A stretch of DNA of 64,000 nucleotides from assembly GCA_038251275.1 (NCBI GenBank), contig JBBSBM010000014.1:24853-88852 (forward strand). The letters run 5' to 3'. The notes under the pieces were generated by a model. It made no database searches, was not told the DNA's origin, and saw only the letters and a list, made by a program, of their open reading frames with translations. Positions 18,544-28,390 of this stretch are shown in pieces (position 1 is the first letter of the stretch; each line of letters starts with the position of its first letter). Source of the DNA: Aggregatilineales bacterium (lineage in GTDB: Bacteria; Chloroflexota; Anaerolineae; Aggregatilineales; Phototrophicaceae). The position numbers and the translations under genes were made by a program.

Positions 18544-18858
18544 ATGAAACTTGTACCAAATATCACCGATCTCCACTTCGCTTATCAAGACTTATACCGC
18601 CATTGGCACGCTGAATCGGAACGCTATACCGGCGGTGACGCGCTTAACACGGCGCTGGATGAAGGTTGGACGATCAATGATGTGGTGGGCTTCCAAGAAA
18701 TCCATCACATGGGTGCGCGTGGCACTGTTATTTATCACTTTGAACTGACGCGCGGCGAGAATGAAGCTGTAACGATGCCGGTCGTCGGCAATCCCTATGT
18801 TGACCGGCTGGTTGTATTGATGCAGTACACGCTCGTACCCTTGGCGAAAGCCAGCTAA
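18544..18858 (+). CDS. Small uncharacterised protein (paralog of 24530-24889)
   Basis: Shares YRHWH..SER..GGD.L.TAL..GW and MPV.GNPY.DRLV with the second copy. Confidence 0.8.
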   Translation: MKLVPNITDLHFAYQDLYRHWHAESERYTGGDALNTALDEGWTINDVVGFQEIHHMGARGTVIYHFELTRGENEAVTMPVVGNPYVDRLVVLMQYTLVPLAKAS

Positions 18859-18900
18859 CCCCAAAATAGCAGTGCGTGGGCGAATAACCCTGTTCGCCCT

Positions 18901-19665
18901 TTAATCTTCCACGCATAACGCTCTGATTAGCGCCGCAATCGCTGTATTGACCTCAAAATGTGTCTCTAAAAATTCAAGGATCGCTAATGCAGACTCAGGG
19001 CTGTGTTCATAACCCTGTATGAACTTTGGCAGGTATGCGGCGATGTCCGGGAAGCGCTGTTCAAAACGGCGTTCACCACTGTATATATCGACGAAAGCAG
19101 GTTGCGCTGTTTCAATCTGTGCCGCCAATTGCAAAATTTGGTCAACGGCATAATTCTGGATAAAGCGTGCGGCTGATAATTTCTCACCACGCCGGTAACG
19201 TCCCATGCCAACGTATAAATTGGTTAGTGCTTCGCCCAAATGAAACTCAACTGGCTTGGGTGTTGACGGTGCTTTCACGATTGGTTGACATATTGACTCA
19301 TCAAAATCGGTTGTCTTCCACACAATCCGAACGGCACTAAAAGGAATCGTCGCCATTTCTTGTGGTTCAAACACGGCGAACTCGCAAAAGATGCCGTCGT
19401 CAAACAGCACTTTATAACCGTCGACGGTATTCCGAAACGCATAAGCAATCGGTTGTATATTGGATAGCCAATCAAGGTTGTCGATATAACGCGCCTTAAA
19501 TCCTTCTTGCACAATAGCGAAGAAGTCGAGGTCGGAATAAGCATCCAAACGCGCCGTTTCCGTCCCAACGGAACCTAATCCCAGCAGTGCCAGCGCATTT
19601 CCACTCACGCGCAGCGACTCACCGATGGCATCTAATCGTTCTAATAACTCGTGTGGTGTTCTCAT
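18901..19665 (-). CDS. Pol-beta superfamily nucleotidyltransferase (Lnu/AadK-like)
   Basis: LGS...D.YSDLDF NTase motif; C-terminal helical domain with RGE, RRFE. Confidence 0.7.
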   Translation of the reverse strand: MRTPHELLERLDAIGESLRVSGNALALLGLGSVGTETARLDAYSDLDFFAIVQEGFKARYIDNLDWLSNIQPIAYAFRNTVDGYKVLFDDGIFCEFAVFEPQEMATIPFSAVRIVWKTTDFDESICQPIVKAPSTPKPVEFHLGEALTNLYVGMGRYRRGEKLSAARFIQNYAVDQILQLAAQIETAQPAFVDIYSGERRFEQRFPDIAAYLPKFIQGYEHSPESALAILEFLETHFEVNTAIAALIRALCVED

Positions 19666-19796
19666 ATGTGCCTCAATAGTTTAATTTTTCACAATTTATC
19701 GACATATTAACCACTTTACCCATGCAAATCTCAATTAAAGGCGTATAGTCTGAAGTCGTGAATGCATTCTACTCATTCACATAAGGAGAATGCCAT

Positions 19797-22109
19797 ATGC
19801 CAAATAAGAAAACCACCGCTGTCCAAAGTGTCGCCTTTATCGGTAGCTACTCGCCACGCCAATGCGGTATCGCTACTTTCATGACCGATCTCTCAAAAGC
19901 CGTTCGCGAACAAAACCCCAATTTGAACTGCTTCGTGGTTCCGGTCAACGATACCGAAGAAGGATATGATTATCCTCCTGAAGTGCGTTTTGAAATCGAA
20001 GAACAGAACATCGACTCGTATCGCACGGCTGCTGACTTTTTAAACATCAATGGTGTTGATCTGGTTTGTTTACAGCATGAATACGGCATCTATGGCGGTA
20101 CAGCGGGAAGCCATATTCTGGCCTTACTGCGCGAACTGCGGATGCCGGTTGTCACCACCTTTCACACCGTACTCAAAGACCCTGACACCTATCAGCGCAA
20201 AATGTTGACGGAAATTGCGCGCTTATCGGATCGGGTCGTGGTGATGAGCCAGATAGCAGTCGATTTCTTAAAGGATATTTATGAAATTCCGGCTGAGAAG
20301 ATTGATCTCATCCATCATGGTATCCCCGATATTCCTTTCGTTGACCCGCACTTCTACAAAGACCAATTTGGCGTAGAAGGTAAACCGTTACTACTCACCT
20401 TTGGTCTGCTCTCTGCTAACAAGGGCATCGAGAACGTCATCAATGCCTTACCCAAGATTTTAGAAAAGTATCCCGACTTGGTTTACTTTGTTGTGGGTGC
20501 GACACACCCTAACGTACTGCGGAATGAGGGTGAAGATTATCGGCTGCGGCTTCGCTACATGGCGCGCCAAAAAGGGGTAAGCGATCACCTCGTCTTTTAC
20601 AACCGATTTGTCAGCATGAAAGAATTGATCGAGTTTATCGGCGCGACTGATATTTACATCACACCTTATCTCAATCAAGCGCAAATCGTTTCGGGTACAT
20701 TGGCCTATACGGTCGGCGCAGGCAAACCCGTCATATCAACACCCTATTGGTATGCTGAAGAACTGTTAGCGGATGGTCGTGGTATTCTCGTGCCGTTTGC
20801 TGATTCAGAAGCCATTGCTGAACAGGTGATATATCTGCTTGATAACGAATCTGAACGCCACGCTATGCGTAAGAAAGCCTACATGTTCGGTCGGGAAATG
20901 ACGTGGCCGGTCAGCGCCCAACATTATCTTGATACTTTTGAAAGTGCTTCACGCGCTAGTGCGCTTTCACCGCGTCCGACCAGCAGCAAAACGGTGAGCA
21001 ATCCCATCGAACTCCCTGTACTCAAGCTGGATCATGTCGATCGTATGACGGACAGTACGGGTATCTTTCAACATGCCTTGTACGACATACCCAATTTCCA
21101 AGAAGGTTACACCACTGACGATAACGCCCGTGCCTTAATTCTATGCGTCATACTCGAAGGCGCGGATGCTCATTTGCAGAAGAAAGCGCATAAACTAGCG
21201 GGTCATTACATGGCCTTCCTCAACTATGCCTATTCAGAATCAAGCGGACGTTTCCGCAACTTTATGGCTTTTGACCGCCAATGGTTAGAAACAGTTGGCT
21301 CTGAAGATAGTCATGGTAGAGCCTTGTGGGCATTAGGCACTGTGCTAGGTCGATCCAACAGTCAGGGTATGGCAGGTCTTTCCAGTCGTATCTTTAGTTC
21401 GGCTCTACCTGTCGTTAAAAAGTTCACATCTCCCCGCGCATGGGCCTACACGCTCTTGGGTATTCACGAATACCTAAAGCGTTTTAATGGAGATCGGGTC
21501 GCACATGATGTGCTGACTTATCTTGGTGAGCAACTTTTGAGGCTCTACAACAATATCAGCACTCCAGAATGGTCATGGTTTGAAGATGTGGTCACCTATG
21601 GCAATGCCATTCTCCCTCATGCTCTACTGATTTGCGGAGTGGAATTAGACCGCGCAGACATGAAGATTGCAGCACTGAAATCCCTCAACTGGCTGATTGA
21701 TCTGCAAAGTACCGACGAAGACTATTTCAATTTCATCGGTAATCAAGGTTTTTACCGTCGCAACGGTGAGAAAGCCGCATTTGATCAGCAACCCATTGAG
21801 GCTCAGTCAATGGTATCAGCATGTCTTTATGCCTACACTGTAACCAATGACATGCAGTGGTATCAGGAAGCCCGAAGAGCTTTTGAGTGGCTGTTAGGTC
21901 GCAATCACTTGGGTCAATTACTATATGTACCGCACACCGGCGGCTGCCGGGATGGTCTACATCCGAATACCGTTAATCAAAATCAGGGGGCAGAATCAAC
22001 GCTTGCGTTTCTAATGTCGAGTGTTGAAATTAAACACTTTGAATCGATGATGGAATTCGTCACACCATATGAACAAAACGGTCAGGCCGAACATGCACCT
22101 GTAGCCTAA
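19797..22109 (+). CDS. GT4 glycosyltransferase fused to a C-terminal six-hairpin-glycosidase-like domain
   Basis: PRQCGIATF, QHEYGIYGG, NKGIE, SGTLAY..G.GKPVISTPYW; C-terminal GYTTDDNARAL, FDQQPIE, NQGAESTL. Confidence 0.85.
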   Translation: MPNKKTTAVQSVAFIGSYSPRQCGIATFMTDLSKAVREQNPNLNCFVVPVNDTEEGYDYPPEVRFEIEEQNIDSYRTAADFLNINGVDLVCLQHEYGIYGGTAGSHILALLRELRMPVVTTFHTVLKDPDTYQRKMLTEIARLSDRVVVMSQIAVDFLKDIYEIPAEKIDLIHHGIPDIPFVDPHFYKDQFGVEGKPLLLTFGLLSANKGIENVINALPKILEKYPDLVYFVVGATHPNVLRNEGEDYRLRLRYMARQKGVSDHLVFYNRFVSMKELIEFIGATDIYITPYLNQAQIVSGTLAYTVGAGKPVISTPYWYAEELLADGRGILVPFADSEAIAEQVIYLLDNESERHAMRKKAYMFGREMTWPVSAQHYLDTFESASRASALSPRPTSSKTVSNPIELPVLKLDHVDRMTDSTGIFQHALYDIPNFQEGYTTDDNARALILCVILEGADAHLQKKAHKLAGHYMAFLNYAYSESSGRFRNFMAFDRQWLETVGSEDSHGRALWALGTVLGRSNSQGMAGLSSRIFSSALPVVKKFTSPRAWAYTLLGIHEYLKRFNGDRVAHDVLTYLGEQLLRLYNNISTPEWSWFEDVVTYGNAILPHALLICGVELDRADMKIAALKSLNWLIDLQSTDEDYFNFIGNQGFYRRNGEKAAFDQQPIEAQSMVSACLYAYTVTNDMQWYQEARRAFEWLLGRNHLGQLLYVPHTGGCRDGLHPNTVNQNQGAESTLAFLMSSVEIKHFESMMEFVTPYEQNGQAEHAPVA

Positions 22110-22137
22110 TAGATCTATCAGATTAGGAGGTCATCGC

Positions 22138-23136
22138 ATGAATGAACGGAACAAACATCACGCCAAACTATTTCACCGTTACGAGAATAACCCTATACTG
22201 ACTGCAAATGACTGGCATTATCCGGTCAATACGGTTTTCAATCCGGGGGCCACGCGTCTCAAAGACGGTTCAACCTTGCTCCTGTGCCGTGCAGAGGATT
22301 TTCGTGGTCATTCTCATCTAACAGCCGCACGTTCGGTCAATGGCATTGACGAATGGCAGGTTAAGACAAAACCCACCCTGATGCCCGACATCGAAAACTT
22401 TCCGCAAGAAACATGGGGCATTGAAGACCCACGTATCACCTACGTGCCGGAGCTAGACCAATACATTGTGGTCTATGTCTCATATTCACGTGGCGGTCCG
22501 GGGGTTTCTATGGCGATGACCAAAGACTTTCACACCTTCGAACGTTACGGTGTAATCATGTCACCGGAAGACAAAGATGCCGCCCTATTGCCTCGCCGTA
22601 TCAATGGACGTTGGGTACTGATTCATCGGCCTGTTTCTAGTTTTGGTGCACATATTTGGCTTTCATATTCCAACGATTTGCGCTATTGGGGCAGTCACAA
22701 AATGATCATTGAAGCGCGGCGTGGCGCATGGTGGGATGCCAACAAAATCGGCCTCTCGCCACCACCGATTGAAACCTCGGAAGGCTGGCTCTTTATTTAT
22801 CATGGTGTGCGCCAAACTCCGGCGGGATGTATTTACCGTTTGGGACTCGTCCTCATGGATTTAGAAGACCCTGAACACTGCATCCGTCGTGGCAACACAT
22901 GGATATTTGGGCCAGAAACAACCTACGAACATCAGGGCGATGTCAACAATGTCGTTTTTCCCTGTGGTTACACAGTAGCTGATGATGGTGACAGCTTGAA
23001 CATCTATTATGGTGCTGCCGATAACTCGATTGCCTTAGCAACCGCCAGCATCCCCACCCTCCTTGACTGGCTGCGCGAGGATTCGATGAATACTGACTTC
23101 AGCTATACCTCATTAGCTGATTCTATACCCGGCTAA
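22138..23136 (+). CDS. GH130 family glycosidase/phosphorylase
   Basis: VFNPGA, GIEDPR, KDAAL, HRP, YHGV, NVVFPCG, YYGAAD. Confidence 0.88.
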   Translation: MNERNKHHAKLFHRYENNPILTANDWHYPVNTVFNPGATRLKDGSTLLLCRAEDFRGHSHLTAARSVNGIDEWQVKTKPTLMPDIENFPQETWGIEDPRITYVPELDQYIVVYVSYSRGGPGVSMAMTKDFHTFERYGVIMSPEDKDAALLPRRINGRWVLIHRPVSSFGAHIWLSYSNDLRYWGSHKMIIEARRGAWWDANKIGLSPPPIETSEGWLFIYHGVRQTPAGCIYRLGLVLMDLEDPEHCIRRGNTWIFGPETTYEHQGDVNNVVFPCGYTVADDGDSLNIYYGAADNSIALATASIPTLLDWLREDSMNTDFSYTSLADSIPG

Positions 23137-23198
23137 ACCTTTCCAAAACACTTTCGGGGCGCAGCATTTTGCGCCCACATCATCCTTTTAGTTATCAA

Positions 23199-24110
23199 CT
23201 AACCAAGTGCCATCATCTCAACCGCAACCTTTACCGTCGTCAGATGAATATCAGCAATGTCCTCAACATTCCGCGCGTACCCGCCCGCCATCGTGATTGC
23301 CACCGACAAACCTCGCGATTTACACAGCTCCAAAACCATTCTGTCACGCTGATGCAATCCGTCTTTTGTCAGCTTCAACCGTCCGAGACGATCGCCTTCA
23401 TAAGGATCAGCGCCCGCCAGATAAATCGCCAAATCGGCATGACTCAGCGCCAACGCCCGTTGTACCCCTTCTTCCAGCATGTCGAGATATATGCGGTCGC
23501 TTGTGCCATCCAACAATTCAATATCGAGATCACTCTGTTCTTTGTGATAAGGGAAATTCTTCTCGCCGTGTATCGAAAAGGTGAATATGGTTGAGTCGCT
23601 TTTAAGAATGGCCGCTGTCCCATTGCCTTGATGCACATCACAATCTAACACGACTAACCGCCGCGCTCGGCCTTCAGCCTGCATCGCCCGTGCTGCAATC
23701 ACGCTGTCATTAAACACACAGTAGCCTTCCCCATGATCACGGAAAGCGTGGTGTGTTCCACCAGCTAAATTGACCGCCAACCCTTCCACCAGCGCCGTTC
23801 TACAGGCCGCAATCGTCGCACCTGATGAACGCCGCGAACGCTCGACCATTTCCGGTGTCCACGGAAAACCAATGCGCCGAATTTCCTTGGTTGTTAATCT
23901 ACCTGTTTTGACCTTTTCCAAATAAACTGCGTCGTGCGCCCGCAAAATTTGTTCATCCGTTGCGGCTTCTGGCACAAGTAAATTCTCTGGTTGGACAATC
24001 CCTTCCGCTACAACCCGTTCCCGCAACCGACTGTATTTGGGCATTGGGAAACGATGATCAGTTGGCAACGGCAGCACGAAATGATCCGTGTAATAGCATT
24101 TGAGCGTCAT
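23199..24110 (-). CDS. Histone deacetylase family (class IV/HDAC11-like) protein
   Basis: HRFPMPKY, GGTHHA, GYCVFND, DCDVHQGNGT, AGADP, MAGGY. Confidence 0.92.
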   Translation of the reverse strand: MTLKCYYTDHFVLPLPTDHRFPMPKYSRLRERVVAEGIVQPENLLVPEAATDEQILRAHDAVYLEKVKTGRLTTKEIRRIGFPWTPEMVERSRRSSGATIAACRTALVEGLAVNLAGGTHHAFRDHGEGYCVFNDSVIAARAMQAEGRARRLVVLDCDVHQGNGTAAILKSDSTIFTFSIHGEKNFPYHKEQSDLDIELLDGTSDRIYLDMLEEGVQRALALSHADLAIYLAGADPYEGDRLGRLKLTKDGLHQRDRMVLELCKSRGLSVAITMAGGYARNVEDIADIHLTTVKVAVEMMALG

Positions 24111-24529
24111 TATTTAACTTGGACTCAATACTTAAATGTTTAATGAGCTTATTGTCAATTCTAACCAGCATATCATCCAGTTATCCTATTATCGAACTAT
24201 CCATTCGGTTGATTAGGCAGTTCCAAGGTTGGTCTAGGATTGGAAATGCGTTTCAAAATGATTGAACACATCGCACTTTTGCCGTGCAAAAGGTTTAAGA
24301 ATGGTTTATAAGGCGTTTATTCGTCAGATTGAATACACTTTCGAGCCAAACTTCGTGCACATTTGACAGGCGTACTTAATGTTTTTGCAATAGATTCTGC
24401 CGTATATTATGAGTAACAGCCTGTTCAAACTATCTACTTATGATTTTTTATGACAAATGAACAGGATGTGAGTACTTAGTTACGGTGACGGAAACGGTCA
24501 ATATAATAGACAGTTTGAGGAGAAATAAC

Positions 24530-24889
24530 ATGACTACAGCCACTCCGTTGTATATGGATGAGGTTGATTTTTATCGTCACTGGCACTCAAAATCGGAACG
24601 TTTTGCAGGCGGCGATTGTCTTGCTACCGCCCTTTTAAATGGCTGGACCCTAAAAATCCCGATTATTATGGATGTTTATTGGTGCATGGGTTCACGGCAG
24701 GTTAATGTTTACCATTGTGATCTCACCCGTGATGGCGAGACTATGCATATGCCTGTGCTCGGTAACCCGTACATGGATCGTCTTGTTCATCAAATGGAAC
24801 TGCCGGTAATCGTCTCTGAAGAGCCCAAGCAGTTCTTATTGCAAGCGGTGGCACCTGCCCAAACGGTACAGGAAAAGATTTCAGTCTAG
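24530..24889 (+). CDS. Small uncharacterised protein (paralog of 18544-18858)
   Basis: GAGGAG RBS before ATG 24530; shared motifs with the paralog. Confidence 0.8.
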   Translation: MTTATPLYMDEVDFYRHWHSKSERFAGGDCLATALLNGWTLKIPIIMDVYWCMGSRQVNVYHCDLTRDGETMHMPVLGNPYMDRLVHQMELPVIVSEEPKQFLLQAVAPAQTVQEKISV

Positions 24890-24910
24890 CATTTTCGAGT
24901 GATGACTCTC

Positions 24911-24942
24911 AAGAGTGTGACCAAGAGTGTCGCACTCTTTTT
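24911..24942. terminator. Intrinsic terminator between convergent genes
   Basis: AAGAGTGTGAC...GTCGCACTCTT stem followed by a T-run. Confidence 0.6.
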
Positions 24943-25498
24943 ATTTACCCCACCACTGCAAAATCGTACTGCCATCGGTAAATCCTAATGGCAGAAATGC
25001 CCCCAATGTGAACACCAATAAATTTTCAAGAAAGAAGAAGCGGCTTACCAGCACAATGACTAAGGGAAGATGCGGTTCGGACTGACCAATCGTGAATGTA
25101 CCGGTTACAAATAAGTAGATTAATCCTGCCAACACGGTGACCACGCCGCTCATAATAGGCCCACCGAGCGCCCGTTTGATGTGCAACCGCCCCGGCAGTG
25201 AAGGCTCATCTTTAGGATATATTGAACTCGCCAATGGACCCCAAAAACAAACGCCAATCATCGGATAGCCTGTCTGCCGCGCCACCATACTATGACCTAG
25301 TTGATGTATGAACTCAGACAGCCAATGAAGCAACGTCGCCACCAATGCTCCAATAATCGCTTCATTCACGGATACCATAGATAATGCGATTGTTCCGTAG
25401 GTCAATATAAGCCACATCCAAGCCAACGTAATAAACGCTGAAGGTCGCGCCGTGAGACGTAATCCTGCGACATGTCCTAATTCAATGAGGCGTTTCAT
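24941..25498 (-). CDS. Site-2 protease (M50)-like membrane protein
   Basis: HQLGH (HExxH variant), ALGGP, LPLGFTDG; start refined to 25498. Confidence 0.7.
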   Translation of the reverse strand: MKRLIELGHVAGLRLTARPSAFITLAWMWLILTYGTIALSMVSVNEAIIGALVATLLHWLSEFIHQLGHSMVARQTGYPMIGVCFWGPLASSIYPKDEPSLPGRLHIKRALGGPIMSGVVTVLAGLIYLFVTGTFTIGQSEPHLPLVIVLVSRFFFLENLLVFTLGAFLPLGFTDGSTILQWWGK

Positions 25499-25514
25499 AA
25501 ATATTGGCTTCCCA

Positions 25515-26051
25515 TCACAAGTGAAGCAGCGCCAACGCCACATTCGCTGACCATGCCAGCACCTTGAACGCGCCTGCCTTTAGCGCCGACTCAACTTCAG
25601 CACGATCTAGCAGCACCAGTTCTTGTTCTTCCAGATCATCCGCGTTGATTTCCGCCGTTTTAACCGCTCCCTTTGCTAGAAAGAGATGTGCCACGCCTGC
25701 CCCTCGATTACCATCAACCGCGTAATTGCCGAGGTTAATCCACTCAGGCGCGGTATAACCTGTCTCTTCGAGTAATTCACGTCGGGCGGCCACATAAGGT
25801 GCTTCCCCCGGTTCGATATAACCACCCACTGGAGCTAACGAAACACCTTCAACGGCATACTTCACCTGTTGAAAGCACAGAAAATGCCCCGATTCGGTCA
25901 CTGCCACCACATTGATATATTCCGGCAGGATGATCCATGTCCAATCATCAATAATTTGTCCATCTGGTAGTTCCAATGTTCGGTACTCGACCGTCACCCA
26001 CGTGCCATTTTGTAGGACTGTTTTTTTGTTCAGCGTTTTCCAAGGTTGCAT
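25515..26051 (-). CDS. NUDIX hydrolase (ADP-ribose pyrophosphatase-like)
   Basis: GGYIEPGE..YVAARRELLEETGY Nudix box. Confidence 0.92.
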   Translation of the reverse strand: MQPWKTLNKKTVLQNGTWVTVEYRTLELPDGQIIDDWTWIILPEYINVVAVTESGHFLCFQQVKYAVEGVSLAPVGGYIEPGEAPYVAARRELLEETGYTAPEWINLGNYAVDGNRGAGVAHLFLAKGAVKTAEINADDLEEQELVLLDRAEVESALKAGAFKVLAWSANVALALLHL

Positions 26052-26059
26052 GCTATTCC

Positions 26060-27037
26060 TTACGGCACCAATTGATGGTCCTCTATGATCGCTGGTTCTG
26101 AAATGTAACCATTAAGTGTATTCAAGACAAGTAACTCGACCGCCGACTGGTCAACTTCCGTACATACTCGCACAGGACGGCAAGATTGATCTTCTACAAC
26201 ATGACCCAACATATTCCCTGCGGTCTGTTCCACACGCAGGCAGCGAGACTCAAATTTCCCTACTTCCGGATATGTAGCGATTGTCGCGGCAACTAAGTCC
26301 CAAAATGTCAGGGTTCGTTTTCCAGAAAGGGATTTCACTCGCTTGACGACTTGTGCTACAAATTCTGCCGCTGGTGTTCGGGGCTTATAGACTAAGCGTG
26401 TATAAAATGAGTCAGTCAGAGGAACTTGATTAGTCACATCCAACGGAATAAGCGTAATTGCTGCGCCTGAACGAAACACCACATCCGCCGCATAATAATC
26501 AATATATATATTCCATTCGGCAAACCGATTTTTCGTGTTGGGCATCATTTCTCTCAGATTACCCGGCACATTCAAAGCACCGCCCATCACGTAGATCATG
26601 TCGATTTTGTCTACAAGTTCAGGATATTCCAGCAATAACGAGGCCATATTTGTAAGGGGCGCTAATGACAACAAGCTAACTTTTTCAGGAGAAGCCCGTA
26701 TAACATTGGCAAGTAGCGTTTGGCTGTCCTGTCGGGATCGCTTCAGCTCTGTTTTGGGAAAACGGATTGCCAACCTTGAATCCATTGCCAGCCGAACCAA
26801 CAATGGAAAACTATGATTGCCTTTCAGAGGTCTATCACGTCCGCTTGTTACAGCAATCTCGTCGGTTTGGAGTGCTAAGATGCGCAGCGCACTTTCAACC
26901 CCTGCGCTAGCGTGCGCTTCACCTGTCGCTGCCACCGTAACCGCTTTCAGAGCCACTTTTGGGCATTGTGTTAGGTAAGCCAATGCCAACCAATCATCAA
27001 ATGCACAATCAGTATCAATACAAAAAGGTATTTTCAT
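26060..27037 (-). CDS. Inosine/uridine-preferring nucleoside hydrolase family protein
   Basis: IDTDCAFDD, APLTN, MGGA, AEWNIYID, PLDVT, FWD. Confidence 0.88.
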   Translation of the reverse strand: MKIPFCIDTDCAFDDWLALAYLTQCPKVALKAVTVAATGEAHASAGVESALRILALQTDEIAVTSGRDRPLKGNHSFPLLVRLAMDSRLAIRFPKTELKRSRQDSQTLLANVIRASPEKVSLLSLAPLTNMASLLLEYPELVDKIDMIYVMGGALNVPGNLREMMPNTKNRFAEWNIYIDYYAADVVFRSGAAITLIPLDVTNQVPLTDSFYTRLVYKPRTPAAEFVAQVVKRVKSLSGKRTLTFWDLVAATIATYPEVGKFESRCLRVEQTAGNMLGHVVEDQSCRPVRVCTEVDQSAVELLVLNTLNGYISEPAIIEDHQLVP

Positions 27038-27130
27038 CAGATCTATGCCCCCTTACAGGTAATTTATCTGATGTTGTATTTCATTTATATTAATTTGTGG
27101 TGAGTATAATCAAACAATCATACTATCACG

Positions 27131-27652
27131 TTAGAGATAGGTGCTGGCAAACTCGTAGATGTGAGTAGGCAAACCGTCTGAATCGGGTTCATTACGGCTA
27201 AAGACAAAGCCGATCTTATTAACAACCTTGATCGATGCGCTGTTCTCTGGATTAATGGTGGCAATGATGCGCCTTAAACCGCACGATTTATACCCATAGT
27301 CAACCATCGCCTTCGCCACCTCAGTCGCCAATCCTTGCCCCCAATAGATCTTTTTCAACGCATAAATCAACTCGGCATCATCCGGTGGTTCCGCAAACTC
27401 AGACCGCACCAACCCACAAAACCCGATGAACGTCCCGTCGCGTTTATCAATTACCGCCGAACAGCCATAACCTTTGGTCGCATAATTGTTGATCGACACA
27501 TCAACCCATTTAGCCGTCAATTCATATGAAAGCGGCTGACCATCACCCATATACTGCATCAGTTCAGGGTCACTTGTCACCGAATACAAATTGACGACAT
27601 CGTCGGCCTCTAATTGCCGAACAATGAGCCGTTCTGTCTCATAGATAATCAT
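27131..27652 (-). CDS. GNAT (RimJ/RimL-like) acetyltransferase
   Basis: ETERL, WGQGLATE, NSASIKV..KIGF; start refined. Confidence 0.88.
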   Translation of the reverse strand: MIIYETERLIVRQLEADDVVNLYSVTSDPELMQYMGDGQPLSYELTAKWVDVSINNYATKGYGCSAVIDKRDGTFIGFCGLVRSEFAEPPDDAELIYALKKIYWGQGLATEVAKAMVDYGYKSCGLRRIIATINPENSASIKVVNKIGFVFSRNEPDSDGLPTHIYEFASTYL

Positions 27653-27659
27653 GTTAAAT

Positions 27660-28244
27660 CTACCCATGTTTCGATTCGCGATACCGCCGACGAGATCGGT
27701 CACGATCCATACACGCTGTGCTGCACCAATGGCGAGTGCCGCTTTTAGTCGTGTCGTAAAACAGCAAAATGCACTGGTTACTCTGGCATTTATGCAATCG
27801 ACTTAAATCCATTTGAGTCAGCAATCGCATTGCCGATAATGCCGCAGGTAAGAGCAATCCAGCAGCTTGTTCGCCTGATGATACATATTCGACATGTCCG
27901 CCAGTGTCCCATTTGACAGTCGGATGAGCAGTTGTAAGCGCCCAATTGAGCACGTTTAAATCATCCGAGTCAGGTTGCTGTCCTTCGATCACGCTTATAA
28001 ACAAATCATGCAGATGATCGCGGACACCTTTAACTGTCGTCAAGATAGCGTCATCAAATGGCAGCGCCTCATCTGCCACATGTTCAATTTGAGTATGATG
28101 TTCGTGTGCTAATCCCCACCAATCCCTTAAATTGTCGGCACTTTGCAAGGTGTCGATAATCTCACCACGCACAATCTTAACCGTGTTGATCAAATCCAAC
28201 GCCAACGCATCCCCTATAAATACAAAAGGCCCATCATCGCTCAT
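27660..28244 (-). CDS. ABATE/CGNR zinc-finger protein (putative regulator)
   Basis: ALDLINT N-terminus; C....C..LFYDTTK...R.WCS..C. Confidence 0.88.
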   Translation of the reverse strand: MSDDGPFVFIGDALALDLINTVKIVRGEIIDTLQSADNLRDWWGLAHEHHTQIEHVADEALPFDDAILTTVKGVRDHLHDLFISVIEGQQPDSDDLNVLNWALTTAHPTVKWDTGGHVEYVSSGEQAAGLLLPAALSAMRLLTQMDLSRLHKCQSNQCILLFYDTTKSGTRHWCSTACMDRDRSRRRYRESKHG

Positions 28245-28390
28245 GAAAATCTCCTATCCTCCTTATCCAATTCATTAGATGCATTGACATGGATATAAAT
28301 TTCGAGTACGATCCAAATATCCGACTCAAAAACGTTTTAGATATGGACATTCATTTTAGAATACAGTTTTCACGCAAGGAGCAACCTTAC

